Shown piece after piece: positions 35,703 through 43,935 of a stretch of 45,899 nucleotides of DNA (the stretch's first letter is position 1; every line of letters starts with the position of its first letter). The translations under genes and the position numbers were made by a program. The stretch comes from an uncultured Thermodesulfobacteriota bacterium (GTDB lineage: Bacteria; Desulfobacterota; B13-G15; RBG-16-54-18). Under the pieces are notes generated by a model. That model saw nothing but the letters and a program-made list of their open reading frames with translations. It was not told the DNA's origin and searched no databases. Location: contig CAZFIR010000086.1 in NCBI GenBank assembly GCA_964519535.1, forward strand, positions 1 to 45,899. Direction: 5' to 3'.

Positions 35703-37847
35703 TCATACGGCAATCTTGACCTGTGCATCATCCGGCCGCTTCTTAATAAAGGCCTCGTTACGATATCGATCTCTCAATTCCCCCAATTTCCCCTTGTTCC
35801 AGCTGGAGATCTTCGTGAAGTAACCGGTGATACGGGTGATACCATCGACATCTTCGGAGCCGCAGTACGCACACCGGTCCATCAGGCCCCTGGCTGTGCG
35901 CGCACACTCGTTGCACGTGGTGAACTCCGGGGAGAAGGCGATCTGATCGTTTTGTGTCAACTGGAACGTCTTGGTCACGAAGTTGGCCAATGACTCCGGC
36001 GAGGGTTTTGATTCCCCGAGCCAGATATGGGTGAGGGAGCCAGCCTCTATAAGGGGGTGAAAGAGCCCCTCCTGCCTAACACGTTCGATAGGGTTCATCA
36101 CCGCGTCATTGCTCAGGTAGGTGGAATTGGTGTAAAAGATTTCCCCTTGCGCGATATCACCCTTGACGATGTGTCCGGCTTGAGGGGAGTGAAAACGCAT
36201 ATCCAGTTTGGCGAATCGGTAGGCGGTGCTTTCCGCCGGGGTCTGTTCCAGGACGAATCTCATCTCGTGATGCTTGCTCATCTTCTCGGCCAAAAGCTTC
36301 ATATGGGCTATCACCTGCAAGCCGAGCTTAAAGGCCTCCGTTGATTCGTGCATCTCCTGTCCGGTGTGGACCTTCACCATTTCATTGAGCCCCACCATTC
36401 CGATAAGGTAGGTGGCTCGATGCATCCGGAGATAAGACTCCCCGTCTTGATTCATGGTCAGCAGGGCCAGGGGACCTTCCTCCCCGAGGGCGAGAAGTCG
36501 CTCAAGGAATGTCTTCTTCTCCAGGTGTGCCTTGACGGCCAGTTCCATAAAACGGGAGATGTTTTCAAAGAGCTTGGTATCGTTTCCGTCGGATATATAG
36601 CCGATGCGAGGCAAATTAAGGGTGACGTTTTGCAGGGCGCTATATCGCATCTTCCACGGCTGCTTGGCGTCTTCCAGGTCCGAGGCCTCCAGTTTAAAGC
36701 TCAGCCTGCAGCACTCAGATATCTTGGCCGTCTCCCCTCGATCAAAGACGAAGTACGTATTGCCCTTCTCGGAGGCGACGTCACAGATATGGTTGAGAAA
36801 TCGCTCGTTGTCCGGTGTCATAAAGAAGTTCTCGGTGATGTGGACCAAGGGTTTGGGGAAGAAGAAGGGACGCCCTGCCCCATCCCCTTCAAGGTAGACA
36901 TCGAACAGGGCCCACGCGAACCGCTGGGCCTCCTTCATGTAATCGTTGTAGGTCTTGCCGGTGAACTCCCCGTTGGGGCCGATGGCCGGGACGTTTCTAA
37001 AATGTTTGGGGACCTCCCAGTAGAGGTTGAGGTCGGTGAAGATGGCCTGCCCCCCCCGGGCCACGGCCTGCTGGGAAAACTCGAAGATGAGCATCTGGGC
37101 CAGTTGCTTTACCTCCCTGTCCCCCATCCCGACGAGGTAGGGGGCGAAGAAGAGGTTGACCGCATCCCACCCAATGGCCCCGGCGAAATGGCTCTGGAGG
37201 CCCGCGGCGAACTTCACCATATGGGCCAGCAGCACCTCCGGATGCTTGGCGGGCTTGGCCATGGAGATGGAGTTGGGCAGGTTGAGCCCGAACTTCTTGA
37301 TATACTCCAGGGACTGACCGCTGCAATAGGGGCGGTCGATGAACCCCAAGTCGTGCAGATGGATATCCCCACGCATGTGGGCGTCAGCCACCTCCTGGGA
37401 GAAGACATGCAGGAGGGCGTATTCCTTTTTGATGGTCTCGGCCAAGGTCAGGTTGGTGGCCTCTGGGCCGTGAGGGACGTTGGCATTTTCCTTGTTGGGG
37501 TGCATGATCAATTGATTGACGTCGTACAAGGGCATACCGAGCCTGGTATGCTGTTTGCGGATCTCCTCCAGACCACGCTCGACGAGCTTGGCATCCACCA
37601 GCTCCCTGACGAGGGGGGCGGTCACCATGTTGATCGTGCTGCCCCTGATGATATCCTCCACCTCCTGGCTGATGGCGTCGGCGGTATCGGGGTCGATGTA
37701 GGTCTCCCTCATCAAGGCATCCACGATCCGCTGGCGATCCCACCCCTCCATGGTCTCTTCGGAGGTGCGCACGAAGAGGGCCATATCGGTGGTATCCCCT
37801 GGTGCAATATCCCGCTGTCTTTCTCTGATATCAGTGACTGTAACCAT
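35703..37847 (-). CDS. nrdD: Anaerobic ribonucleoside-triphosphate reductase (class III)
   Basis: 714 aa. N-terminal ATP-cone, C-terminal Cys cluster CNECARTARG..CAYCGS, and glycyl-radical motif ITRITGYF. Confidence 0.95.
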   Translation of the reverse strand: MVTVTDIRERQRDIAPGDTTDMALFVRTSEETMEGWDRQRIVDALMRETYIDPDTADAISQEVEDIIRGSTINMVTAPLVRELVDAKLVERGLEEIRKQHTRLGMPLYDVNQLIMHPNKENANVPHGPEATNLTLAETIKKEYALLHVFSQEVADAHMRGDIHLHDLGFIDRPYCSGQSLEYIKKFGLNLPNSISMAKPAKHPEVLLAHMVKFAAGLQSHFAGAIGWDAVNLFFAPYLVGMGDREVKQLAQMLIFEFSQQAVARGGQAIFTDLNLYWEVPKHFRNVPAIGPNGEFTGKTYNDYMKEAQRFAWALFDVYLEGDGAGRPFFFPKPLVHITENFFMTPDNERFLNHICDVASEKGNTYFVFDRGETAKISECCRLSFKLEASDLEDAKQPWKMRYSALQNVTLNLPRIGYISDGNDTKLFENISRFMELAVKAHLEKKTFLERLLALGEEGPLALLTMNQDGESYLRMHRATYLIGMVGLNEMVKVHTGQEMHESTEAFKLGLQVIAHMKLLAEKMSKHHEMRFVLEQTPAESTAYRFAKLDMRFHSPQAGHIVKGDIAQGEIFYTNSTYLSNDAVMNPIERVRQEGLFHPLIEAGSLTHIWLGESKPSPESLANFVTKTFQLTQNDQIAFSPEFTTCNECARTARGLMDRCAYCGSEDVDGITRITGYFTKISSWNKGKLGELRDRYRNEAFIKKRPDDAQVKIAV

Positions 37848-37920
37848 AATGCCCCGCCCCTTCCCCTTGTGGTTGTTCTGTGATTTAGCTGTTAGATGAC
37901 ATGTTATTTAATTGTTTGTT

Positions 37921-37967
37921 GCCTGATATATTGTATTTCTGCAATCAAGTACCACAACATATAGTAT
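37921..37967 (-). promoter_or_regulatory. Tandem NrdR-box candidates in the nrdD leader/promoter
   Basis: Minus-sense ATACTATATGTTGTGG (37952-37967, 13/16 to the recalled consensus acaCwAtATaTwGtgt) and ATACAATATATCAGGC (37921-37936, 11/16). Centres are 31 bp apart, the usual NrdR-box phasing. A TTGACA box lies just upstream at 37995-38000. Confidence 0.5.
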
Positions 37968-38054
37968 ACACAAAGTACACACAAGGTCTATACTTTGTCA
38001 AGCCTTTTTTTGCCATAGGGGGGAATTTTTTGTCTCGGGTGGGCTGAAATGGCA

Positions 38055-38082
38055 GGAAAAGGAGAGAAAAGACCTTCTCTCC
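38055..38082 (-). terminator. Rho-independent terminator after the polyferredoxin gene
   Basis: Minus-sense GGAGAGAA-GGTCTT-TTCTCTCC (8-bp perfect stem, 6-nt loop) followed by TTTTCC. Lies 43 nt after the stop. Confidence 0.6.
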
Positions 38083-38124
38083 ATCCCTGAAGAGACCAGA
38101 AAATGTCCTTATTGATGATTGGGA

Positions 38125-39501
38125 TTAAAACGGCAGCAGCTCGTCTGCCCTTGATTCCCCCAGGCGGGTGACAATGATGGCGGGCTGGTCGTGCAAGGGG
38201 CACTTGTACTCGCAGATCCCGCAGCCGATGCAGAGCTTGAGGTCTACCACCGGTTGCCTGATCTGTTTCCTCCCTTGAGGGGTGATGACCTCCACCAGCT
38301 CGAACTTGATGGCCTTGTCCGGCGTCGGGCAGTGCTCCTCGCACACGAGGCACTCGACTCCCTGGGCGTAGGGGAGACAGCGGTTTTTGTCGATATAGGC
38401 GAGGCCGATCTTGGTGCGGGCCTTCTCCTCCTGGGAGAGCTCCCTGAGGGCCCCGGTGGGGCACACCTGCCCGCAGAGGGTGCAGTAGTACTGACAGTAG
38501 CCGGCGTGGAAGTCAAACCGAGGGGTCCATATCCCCTCTAGGCCCGCTTCGAATAGGGCGGGTTGCAGGCCGTTGGTGAGGCAGACCTTCATGCACTCCC
38601 CGCACCGCACGCACCGGCGCAGGAACTCATCCTCCGGCAGGGCACCTGGGGGACGGATCAGCTTCCCCTCCCTCCTCTTGGTGAGGGGGTTGGTCCTGAC
38701 GAGGGGGGTGATGAAGATCCCGGCGCATAGGGAGGTGATCAACCCTCGTCGCCTCAGATCAACCCCTGCGGGCTTTCCCGCTTTTGCGGAAGTGAAGCCG
38801 AACCGAACCGCATCCTCGGGACAATCCTCCTGACAGTCGCCGCACATCACGCACTCCGCCTTTTTCCACTTCCCTTTGAGGTCCGCTGCCGCCCCGGTGC
38901 GGCACTCCTGAACACAGATGTTGCAGGAGGTACAGCCTTTGCCTACGGCCCTCTTCAGGGGGCTGATCCTGGTAATGATCCCCAGCAAGGCCCCCAGGGG
39001 ACAGATGCCGGTGCACCAGAAACGCCGCCGGTACAGGTTGGCCAGAAGAATGCCGGCGAAGATGAAGCCGATAAAGATCCCCTGATAGAAGAAGGGTTGA
39101 CGAAATGCCAGGACAAAACGTTTCAGAAAGGCGTAGACAGCCTCGGAGATGTCCGTGACGATTGGGACGTTGGCGCGGTAGAGGAGGTCGAAGACGGTAT
39201 GGGTCATCAGATTCAGCGCGGGTTCGGCAGCCACTGCCAGGGAGCGGATCAGGAGCGAGATAGGATCTGCAAGCCCTGCTATCTGCAGGGTGAAGAGGGA
39301 GCTTATGAGGATAAAGCTAAGGATATAATACTTGAGCCTGCGCATCCGGTCCCCCAAAGATTTCTTTCTTCTCTCCCTGGAGGTGAGGCGCCCCATGAAG
39401 TCGTTCAATGTCCCGAGGGGGCAGACCCAACCGCAGAAGACCCTTCCAAACACAAGGGTGAAGGCGACGGTGATGAGGGATAACAGGAGGGCTGTTGGCA
39501 C
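38125..39501 (-). CDS. Membrane polyferredoxin (NapH/MauN-like 4Fe-4S binding protein)
   Basis: FCGWVCPLGTL, several TM helices and six CxxCxxCxxxC[PL]-type motifs. The coordinates use the first canonical start (GTG 39501). The frame is open and protein-like up to 39738, so the real N-terminus is probably longer. Confidence 0.85.
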   Translation of the reverse strand: MPTALLLSLITVAFTLVFGRVFCGWVCPLGTLNDFMGRLTSRERRKKSLGDRMRRLKYYILSFILISSLFTLQIAGLADPISLLIRSLAVAAEPALNLMTHTVFDLLYRANVPIVTDISEAVYAFLKRFVLAFRQPFFYQGIFIGFIFAGILLANLYRRRFWCTGICPLGALLGIITRISPLKRAVGKGCTSCNICVQECRTGAAADLKGKWKKAECVMCGDCQEDCPEDAVRFGFTSAKAGKPAGVDLRRRGLITSLCAGIFITPLVRTNPLTKRREGKLIRPPGALPEDEFLRRCVRCGECMKVCLTNGLQPALFEAGLEGIWTPRFDFHAGYCQYYCTLCGQVCPTGALRELSQEEKARTKIGLAYIDKNRCLPYAQGVECLVCEEHCPTPDKAIKFELVEVITPQGRKQIRQPVVDLKLCIGCGICEYKCPLHDQPAIIVTRLGESRADELLPF

Positions 39502-39709
39502 AACATGGGAGGAGAGAAGGGTCGTGATGAGGATGAGCGGGTCAAAGTGCAGGAAGATGCGAACGGGATAGGCGATCTCATCCGTTCCTTTGTAGGCCGT
39601 CAGGACAAAGAGGCAGAGAAAGAGCGCCAGGAAGGACCATTGGCTGATGCGTCTCAGCCGCCACCACGGAAGCCAGGGGGCTCGTCCTTTTGCTTTTTGG
39701 CCTCTGGCC

Positions 39710-40624
39710 TTAGGAATTGGTCGTGACCTCCTTGATCTTCAGCTTTCCCAGGTCCATGCGCCCCAGGCCCCGCTGCGAGGCGATCTTGAGGTGCTCCATC
39801 TCATCGGGCACCAGCCCGAAGATGGTGGCGCCGACGGCATCGATAGCCACCTGGTCGATGCTCACAGCTACGGTATTAAGCCGCTTGACGTATTTCAGAC
39901 TCCCCCCTTGGGGTCCGTTGGACGTCAGTATCCTGACTGCATCGAGGACGACCAGGGTCGGCTTGAAGAAGGCGGCGAGATCCACAATGTTCTGATCCAG
40001 GTGCCAGTGGAGGCGCCCACGTTCGCCTCCGATCAGCCCCATGAGGTTCTTCATCCCCATGGTGAGCCGGGCCGAACTGTGGTGCTTGAGGATGGGGCAG
40101 TTGATCACCTTGTCCACCTCCACTGCCTCCTGATAGACCTCCCAGGTCTTGAGGGCCTCCCCCTTGATCTCCATCTTACGGAACCGTCTTTCGTCGATAT
40201 ATTGTACTGTCGCGCCCGCCTCTTTAACCGCCTCCATGATCCCGCTGCGCACATAGCAGCGGCGCGGGTCCTCGCAGGGGTGGTCGAAGACCTTCACCTC
40301 TTTGGCACCGGCCTCTAAACAGAGGCGCACCAGCGTCGCCACTACCTCTGGATTGGTGTTGGCGGCCTGCTCAGGCGTGCGATCCCACCCTATGTTGGGC
40401 TTTACCAGGACCATGTCTCCCCGCGAGACAAAGCGAGGCATGCCACCCAGGGCCTGCAGGGCCGCCTCCGTGATGTGTCCAGGGGATGTTCCTTTTGAGA
40501 TCACCACGTCAGGATGTGACGGAGTTGTAGCAGAAACTATAGTCCTCCACGGCCAGGGGGTAAAGGCTGCTCCTGCGCCGGCCAGGAATAGTTTCAGCAT
40601 CTCTCTGCGCGTCAACCGATACAT
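39710..40624 (-). CDS. DUF362 domain protein with twin-arginine signal peptide
   Basis: MYRLTRREMLKLFLAGAGAAF (TAT motif) and the DUF362-like core (DMVLVKPNIGWDR ..). GGAGG lies 5 nt before ATG 40624. Confidence 0.8.
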   Translation of the reverse strand: MYRLTRREMLKLFLAGAGAAFTPWPWRTIVSATTPSHPDVVISKGTSPGHITEAALQALGGMPRFVSRGDMVLVKPNIGWDRTPEQAANTNPEVVATLVRLCLEAGAKEVKVFDHPCEDPRRCYVRSGIMEAVKEAGATVQYIDERRFRKMEIKGEALKTWEVYQEAVEVDKVINCPILKHHSSARLTMGMKNLMGLIGGERGRLHWHLDQNIVDLAAFFKPTLVVLDAVRILTSNGPQGGSLKYVKRLNTVAVSIDQVAIDAVGATIFGLVPDEMEHLKIASQRGLGRMDLGKLKIKEVTTNS

Positions 40625-40651
40625 TTCTTCCTCCATTCAGTGTCTATATTT

Positions 40652-40680
40652 AATATATCCGTTCCCCAGGGGGGAGTCAA
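40652..40680 (-). promoter_or_regulatory. Sigma70-type promoter for the DUF362-polyferredoxin unit
   Basis: Minus-sense TTGACT, 17-nt spacer, TATATT. Confidence 0.5.
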
Positions 40681-40692
40681 GAAAAGCGAAAA

Positions 40693-40722
40693 TTGACAAC
40701 CCCTATCCCATTCTCGTATTAT
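40693..40722 (+). promoter_or_regulatory. Sigma70-type promoter for mtnP-mtaD-Mut7C-rsmD
   Basis: TTGACA (40693-98), 18-nt spacer, TATTAT (40717-22). Divergent from the promoter at 40652-40680. Confidence 0.5.
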
Positions 40723-40740
40723 GCTCTCAAAGGAGGGATC

Positions 40741-41448
40741 ATGCTGGGGATTATCGCCGGGGGGAGCTTCTCCCCCGAGGGGATGGAGGTAGCTGAGAAG
40801 CAGGCGATGGAGACCCCTTTCGGGGAGCCGTCGGACCATTTCACCATCGGCCGCCTGGAGGGACACGAGGTGGCATTTCTCCCCCGCCACGGTCCTGAAG
40901 GGATTCCACCGCACCGCATCAACCACCGCGCCAATATCTATGCCCTCAAAAAACTGGGTGTGGTTGAGGTGGTCGGGGTCAACTCGGTAGGAAGTCTCAG
41001 GGAGGAATTTCCCCCCGGCTGGATCGTGATCCCCCACGACTACCTCAGCCCGTGGGAGATCCTGACCTTTTACGAACATCAGGCCGTGCACATCACCCCT
41101 GTCTTGGATGCGGGACTCAGGAAACGCCTCATCCGCGCCGCTCGGGGGGTCGGTGCGGCATGCGCACAGGAGGGGATCTATATCCAGACCATCGGCCCCC
41201 GCCTCGAGACCAAGGCTGAGATTGCCATGATGCGGGGGTTCGGCGATGTGGTGGGGATGACCATGGCCCATGAGGCCACCCTCTGCCAAGAGGTGGGGCT
41301 GGCCTACGCCAGCATCTGTTCGGTGGACAATTACTGCCACGGCATTATCGATCAACCCCTCGCCGCGGAGGAGATCATTCGGCGGGCCAGGGAGAACGCC
41401 GTTACAATCAACAAGATCTTGATTCAGATCATAGAGGAGATGGGATGA
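40741..41448 (+). CDS. mtnP: MTAP-family purine nucleoside phosphorylase (methylthioadenosine/methylthioinosine phosphorylase)
   Basis: IIAGGS, FLPRHG..HRINHRANIYALKKLGV and GPRLETKAEI..GMTMAHEATL. AGGAGG lies 4 nt before ATG 40741. Confidence 0.85.
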   Translation: MLGIIAGGSFSPEGMEVAEKQAMETPFGEPSDHFTIGRLEGHEVAFLPRHGPEGIPPHRINHRANIYALKKLGVVEVVGVNSVGSLREEFPPGWIVIPHDYLSPWEILTFYEHQAVHITPVLDAGLRKRLIRAARGVGAACAQEGIYIQTIGPRLETKAEIAMMRGFGDVVGMTMAHEATLCQEVGLAYASICSVDNYCHGIIDQPLAAEEIIRRARENAVTINKILIQIIEEMG

Positions 41449-42710
41449 GCATCTTGATTACCGGGGTGCGGTTGAACGGTGAGACCAGGGATATCTTCAT
41501 CGAGGGGAACAGGATCAAACAGATCGGCGAGCAGCTAAAACCCAAGGCCGATGAGGTGATCTCCGGGGAGGGTATGGCGGCTGTGCCTTCTTTCATCAAC
41601 GGGCACACCCACGCCGCCATGACGCTGCTGCGGGGTTATGCCGACGACATGCCGCTGAAGGAATGGCTGGAGACCAAGATTTGGCCTGTTGAGGCCCACA
41701 TGACGGAGGAGGATGTCTACTGGGGGACCAAGCTGGCCTGCCTGGAGATGATCAAGACAGGGACGACCTTTTTCAACGACATGTACTGGCACTGGCGGGG
41801 TACGGCCCGCGCCGTTGAGGAGATGGGGATCAGGGCCGCGATAAGCGCCGTCTTCATCGACCTCTTCGATGCGCAAAAGACCAGGGAACAGATGGCACTC
41901 AACGAAGAACTCTATGCGGACCGGGGGGCATTCGGCTCCCGGGTGATCTTCACCCTCGGCCCGCACGCCTTCTACACGGTCTCGGAGAAGGCGTTGCGGT
42001 GGTGTGCTGAGTTCGCCCGTGACAAGGGACTCCTGGTCCACTTTCACCTCGCCGAGACGGAGGAAGAAGTCAACCGGTGCCTGAATGATAATGGGGTGCG
42101 GCCGGTGAAATATCTGGAGAATCTCGGTTTTTTGGGACCTCATCTCGTCGCCTGCCACTGCGTCTGGCTCAATGAGGAGGATATGGACATCCTGAAGGCC
42201 CACGGAGTGCGGGTGGTACACAACCCCACCTCCAATATGAAGCTCGCCGTTGGAGGGGTCTTTCCCTATCCACGGCTCCGGGAGCGAGGGGTGATCACCG
42301 CCCTGGGGACCGATGGGTGCGCCTCCAACAACAACCTCGATATGCTGGAGAGCGCCAAGGTCGCCTCCCTCCTGCAGAAGTTCCACGCCGGGGACCCGGT
42401 GGTGATGCCGGCCCACGAAGCCCTGGAGATGATCACCTCCCAGGGTGCCCAGGCCTTCGGCCTGGAAAGCGGTGTTCTCAAAGAGGGGCAGTGGGCCGAT
42501 ATCGCCCTCGTGGCTCTGGGCTCGCCCCAGCTCACCCCCCATTTTCACCTCGACGCCGACCTTATCTATGCCGCCAACGGTTCTTGCGTCGATACGCTGA
42601 TCTGCGATGGGAGGGTGCTGATGCGGGGGCGTCGCGTAGAGGGCGAAGAGGAGATCATGGTGAAGGCCCGCGAGAAGGCTTTTGACTTGGTTGGACGCGC
42701 AGGTGGATGA
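41445..42710 (+). CDS. mtaD: 5-methylthioadenosine/S-adenosylhomocysteine deaminase (amidohydrolase)
   Basis: FINGHTHAAMTLLRGYADDMPL, HLAET, and VHNPTSNMKLA..LGTDG. Confidence 0.88.
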   Translation: MSILITGVRLNGETRDIFIEGNRIKQIGEQLKPKADEVISGEGMAAVPSFINGHTHAAMTLLRGYADDMPLKEWLETKIWPVEAHMTEEDVYWGTKLACLEMIKTGTTFFNDMYWHWRGTARAVEEMGIRAAISAVFIDLFDAQKTREQMALNEELYADRGAFGSRVIFTLGPHAFYTVSEKALRWCAEFARDKGLLVHFHLAETEEEVNRCLNDNGVRPVKYLENLGFLGPHLVACHCVWLNEEDMDILKAHGVRVVHNPTSNMKLAVGGVFPYPRLRERGVITALGTDGCASNNNLDMLESAKVASLLQKFHAGDPVVMPAHEALEMITSQGAQAFGLESGVLKEGQWADIALVALGSPQLTPHFHLDADLIYAANGSCVDTLICDGRVLMRGRRVEGEEEIMVKAREKAFDLVGRAGG

Positions 42711-43171
42711 TCTTTATCGCCGATAAGGCCTTGGGAAAACTGGTTAAATGGCTCCGTATCCTGGGCTATGATAGCGTCTTTTGGCGCTCCGATGATGTGG
42801 AAGGGCTCCTTCGCCGGGCCCAGGATGATGCCAGGACCCTTATCACCAAGGACACCAAACTCTACAAGGCCAAGGGATCATTGGAGGCCCTGCTGATTCG
42901 GGAGGACAACCCCTTTCTGCAGATCCAGGAAGTGGTGCGTCACTTCCGACTCCCCCTCGAAAAGGCAAGGCTCTTTTCCCGCTGTCTGACCTGCAATACC
43001 CCACTGGAGGCTGTGGCCCCTGAGGAGGTGAAGGAGGAGGTCCCGGACTATATCTACCACACCCACCAGGAGTTTTCCCGCTGTCCTTCCTGTCGGAAGG
43101 TCTACTGGGCCGGGACACACTATGGGCATATGACGACGGTGGTGAATCGGTTGCTGGAGGATACGGCATGA
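42707..43171 (+). CDS. Mut7-C RNase domain (PIN-like) protein with C-terminal zinc ribbon
   Basis: FIADKALGKLVKWLRILGYD start; CLTCNTPL .. CPSCRKVYWAGTHY. Confidence 0.8.
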   Translation: MIFIADKALGKLVKWLRILGYDSVFWRSDDVEGLLRRAQDDARTLITKDTKLYKAKGSLEALLIREDNPFLQIQEVVRHFRLPLEKARLFSRCLTCNTPLEAVAPEEVKEEVPDYIYHTHQEFSRCPSCRKVYWAGTHYGHMTTVVNRLLEDTA

Positions 43172-43728
43172 GGGTCATCGGAGGGGAGTTCAAGGGAAGG
43201 AGGCTGCTCGTCCCTCATGGGGGGAAAGTCAGACCCACCTCCGATCGAGTTCGCGAGGCGATCTTCGATATCCTGGGTCCGGGATGGACTTTTCAGCGGG
43301 TCCTCGACCTGTTTGCGGGCACCGGCTCCCTGGGGATTGAGGCCCTTAGCCGAGGGGCGCCGGAGGCGGTCTTCGTGGAGCAGGGAAAGGGAATCCTCAC
43401 CGTGCTGCGGGGAAACGTGAGGGCGCTGCGTTTGCAATCGAGGGCGTGGGTCCTCCCTCTCGCGGTGAAAAGGGGGATTGCGGTCTTGGGTGAAAGAAAA
43501 GAGGTCTTTGATCTCATCTTCATGGACCCCCCTTACAACAAGGGCTTCGTAGGAAAGACCCTTGAAGAGATCGTTCAGCGGGGGATCATTGCCTCCGCAG
43601 GGGTTATCGTGGCTGAGCACTCGCCGAGGGAAGAGATCCTTCCACCCCTCGGCCTGGTACTTTCCCAACAGCGCAGATACGGTGACACCTCCCTCTCCTT
43701 CCTGCAGGAGGGATCGGCGTCACCTTAA
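43168..43728 (+). CDS. rsmD: 16S rRNA (guanine966-N2)-methyltransferase
   Basis: MRVIGGEFKGRRL..RPTSDRVREAIFDIL, LDLFAGTGSLGIEALSRGA and FMDPPY. Confidence 0.9.
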   Translation: MRVIGGEFKGRRLLVPHGGKVRPTSDRVREAIFDILGPGWTFQRVLDLFAGTGSLGIEALSRGAPEAVFVEQGKGILTVLRGNVRALRLQSRAWVLPLAVKRGIAVLGERKEVFDLIFMDPPYNKGFVGKTLEEIVQRGIIASAGVIVAEHSPREEILPPLGLVLSQQRRYGDTSLSFLQEGSASP

Positions 43729-43773
43729 AGGGGTATAGCTGACTAACATTCTTCTTCACTCGCTTAGCAAGCA

Positions 43774-43873
43774 GAACGAAGGGTAGTGTCCTAATTTGTC
43801 GTTTTATGGACACGAAGATATGAAAATAACCCGAACGACATAAAACGACAAATTAGGACACTACCGAACGAAG
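43774..43873. mobile_element. MITE-like element: 84 bp with perfect 27-bp terminal inverted repeats, flanked by an 8-bp direct repeat
   Basis: GGTAGTGTCCTAATTTGTCGTTTTATG at 43782-43808 is exactly reverse-complementary to 43839-43865. GAACGAAG occurs at 43774-43781 and 43866-43873. 30-nt non-coding core. Confidence 0.65.
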
Positions 43874-43880
43874 CCTCCCC

Positions 43881-43909
43881 TTGACATATTTTTGCCCTTC
43901 CTTAATTAT
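43881..43909 (+). promoter_or_regulatory. Sigma70-type promoter upstream of the 116-aa ORF
   Basis: TTGACA (43881-86), 17-nt spacer, AATTAT. Embedded in the recurring 13-mer CCCCTTGACATAT. Confidence 0.4.
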
Positions 43910-43935
43910 TGTTAACGAACGCAAGGAGGACGACG

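Noticed and set aside
36348-37883. 511-aa ORF on the + strand
   Set aside because: Antisense shadow of nrdD. Gly/Leu/His/Asp-rich low complexity.
35703-40624. Idea that DUF362 + polyferredoxin belong to the nrd operon and supply electrons to NrdG
   Set aside because: A strong intrinsic terminator (38055-38082) and a separate promoter and NrdR-box region (37921-38000) separate the two units. Co-orientation alone is not evidence.
41535-42548. 337-aa ORF on the - strand
   Set aside because: Antisense shadow of mtaD. The same applies to 40612-41355 (opposite mtnP), 22011-22943 (opposite rpoD), 4407-5429 (opposite the radical SAM gene), 39647-40318 (opposite DUF362) and 10645-11322 (opposite cysK).
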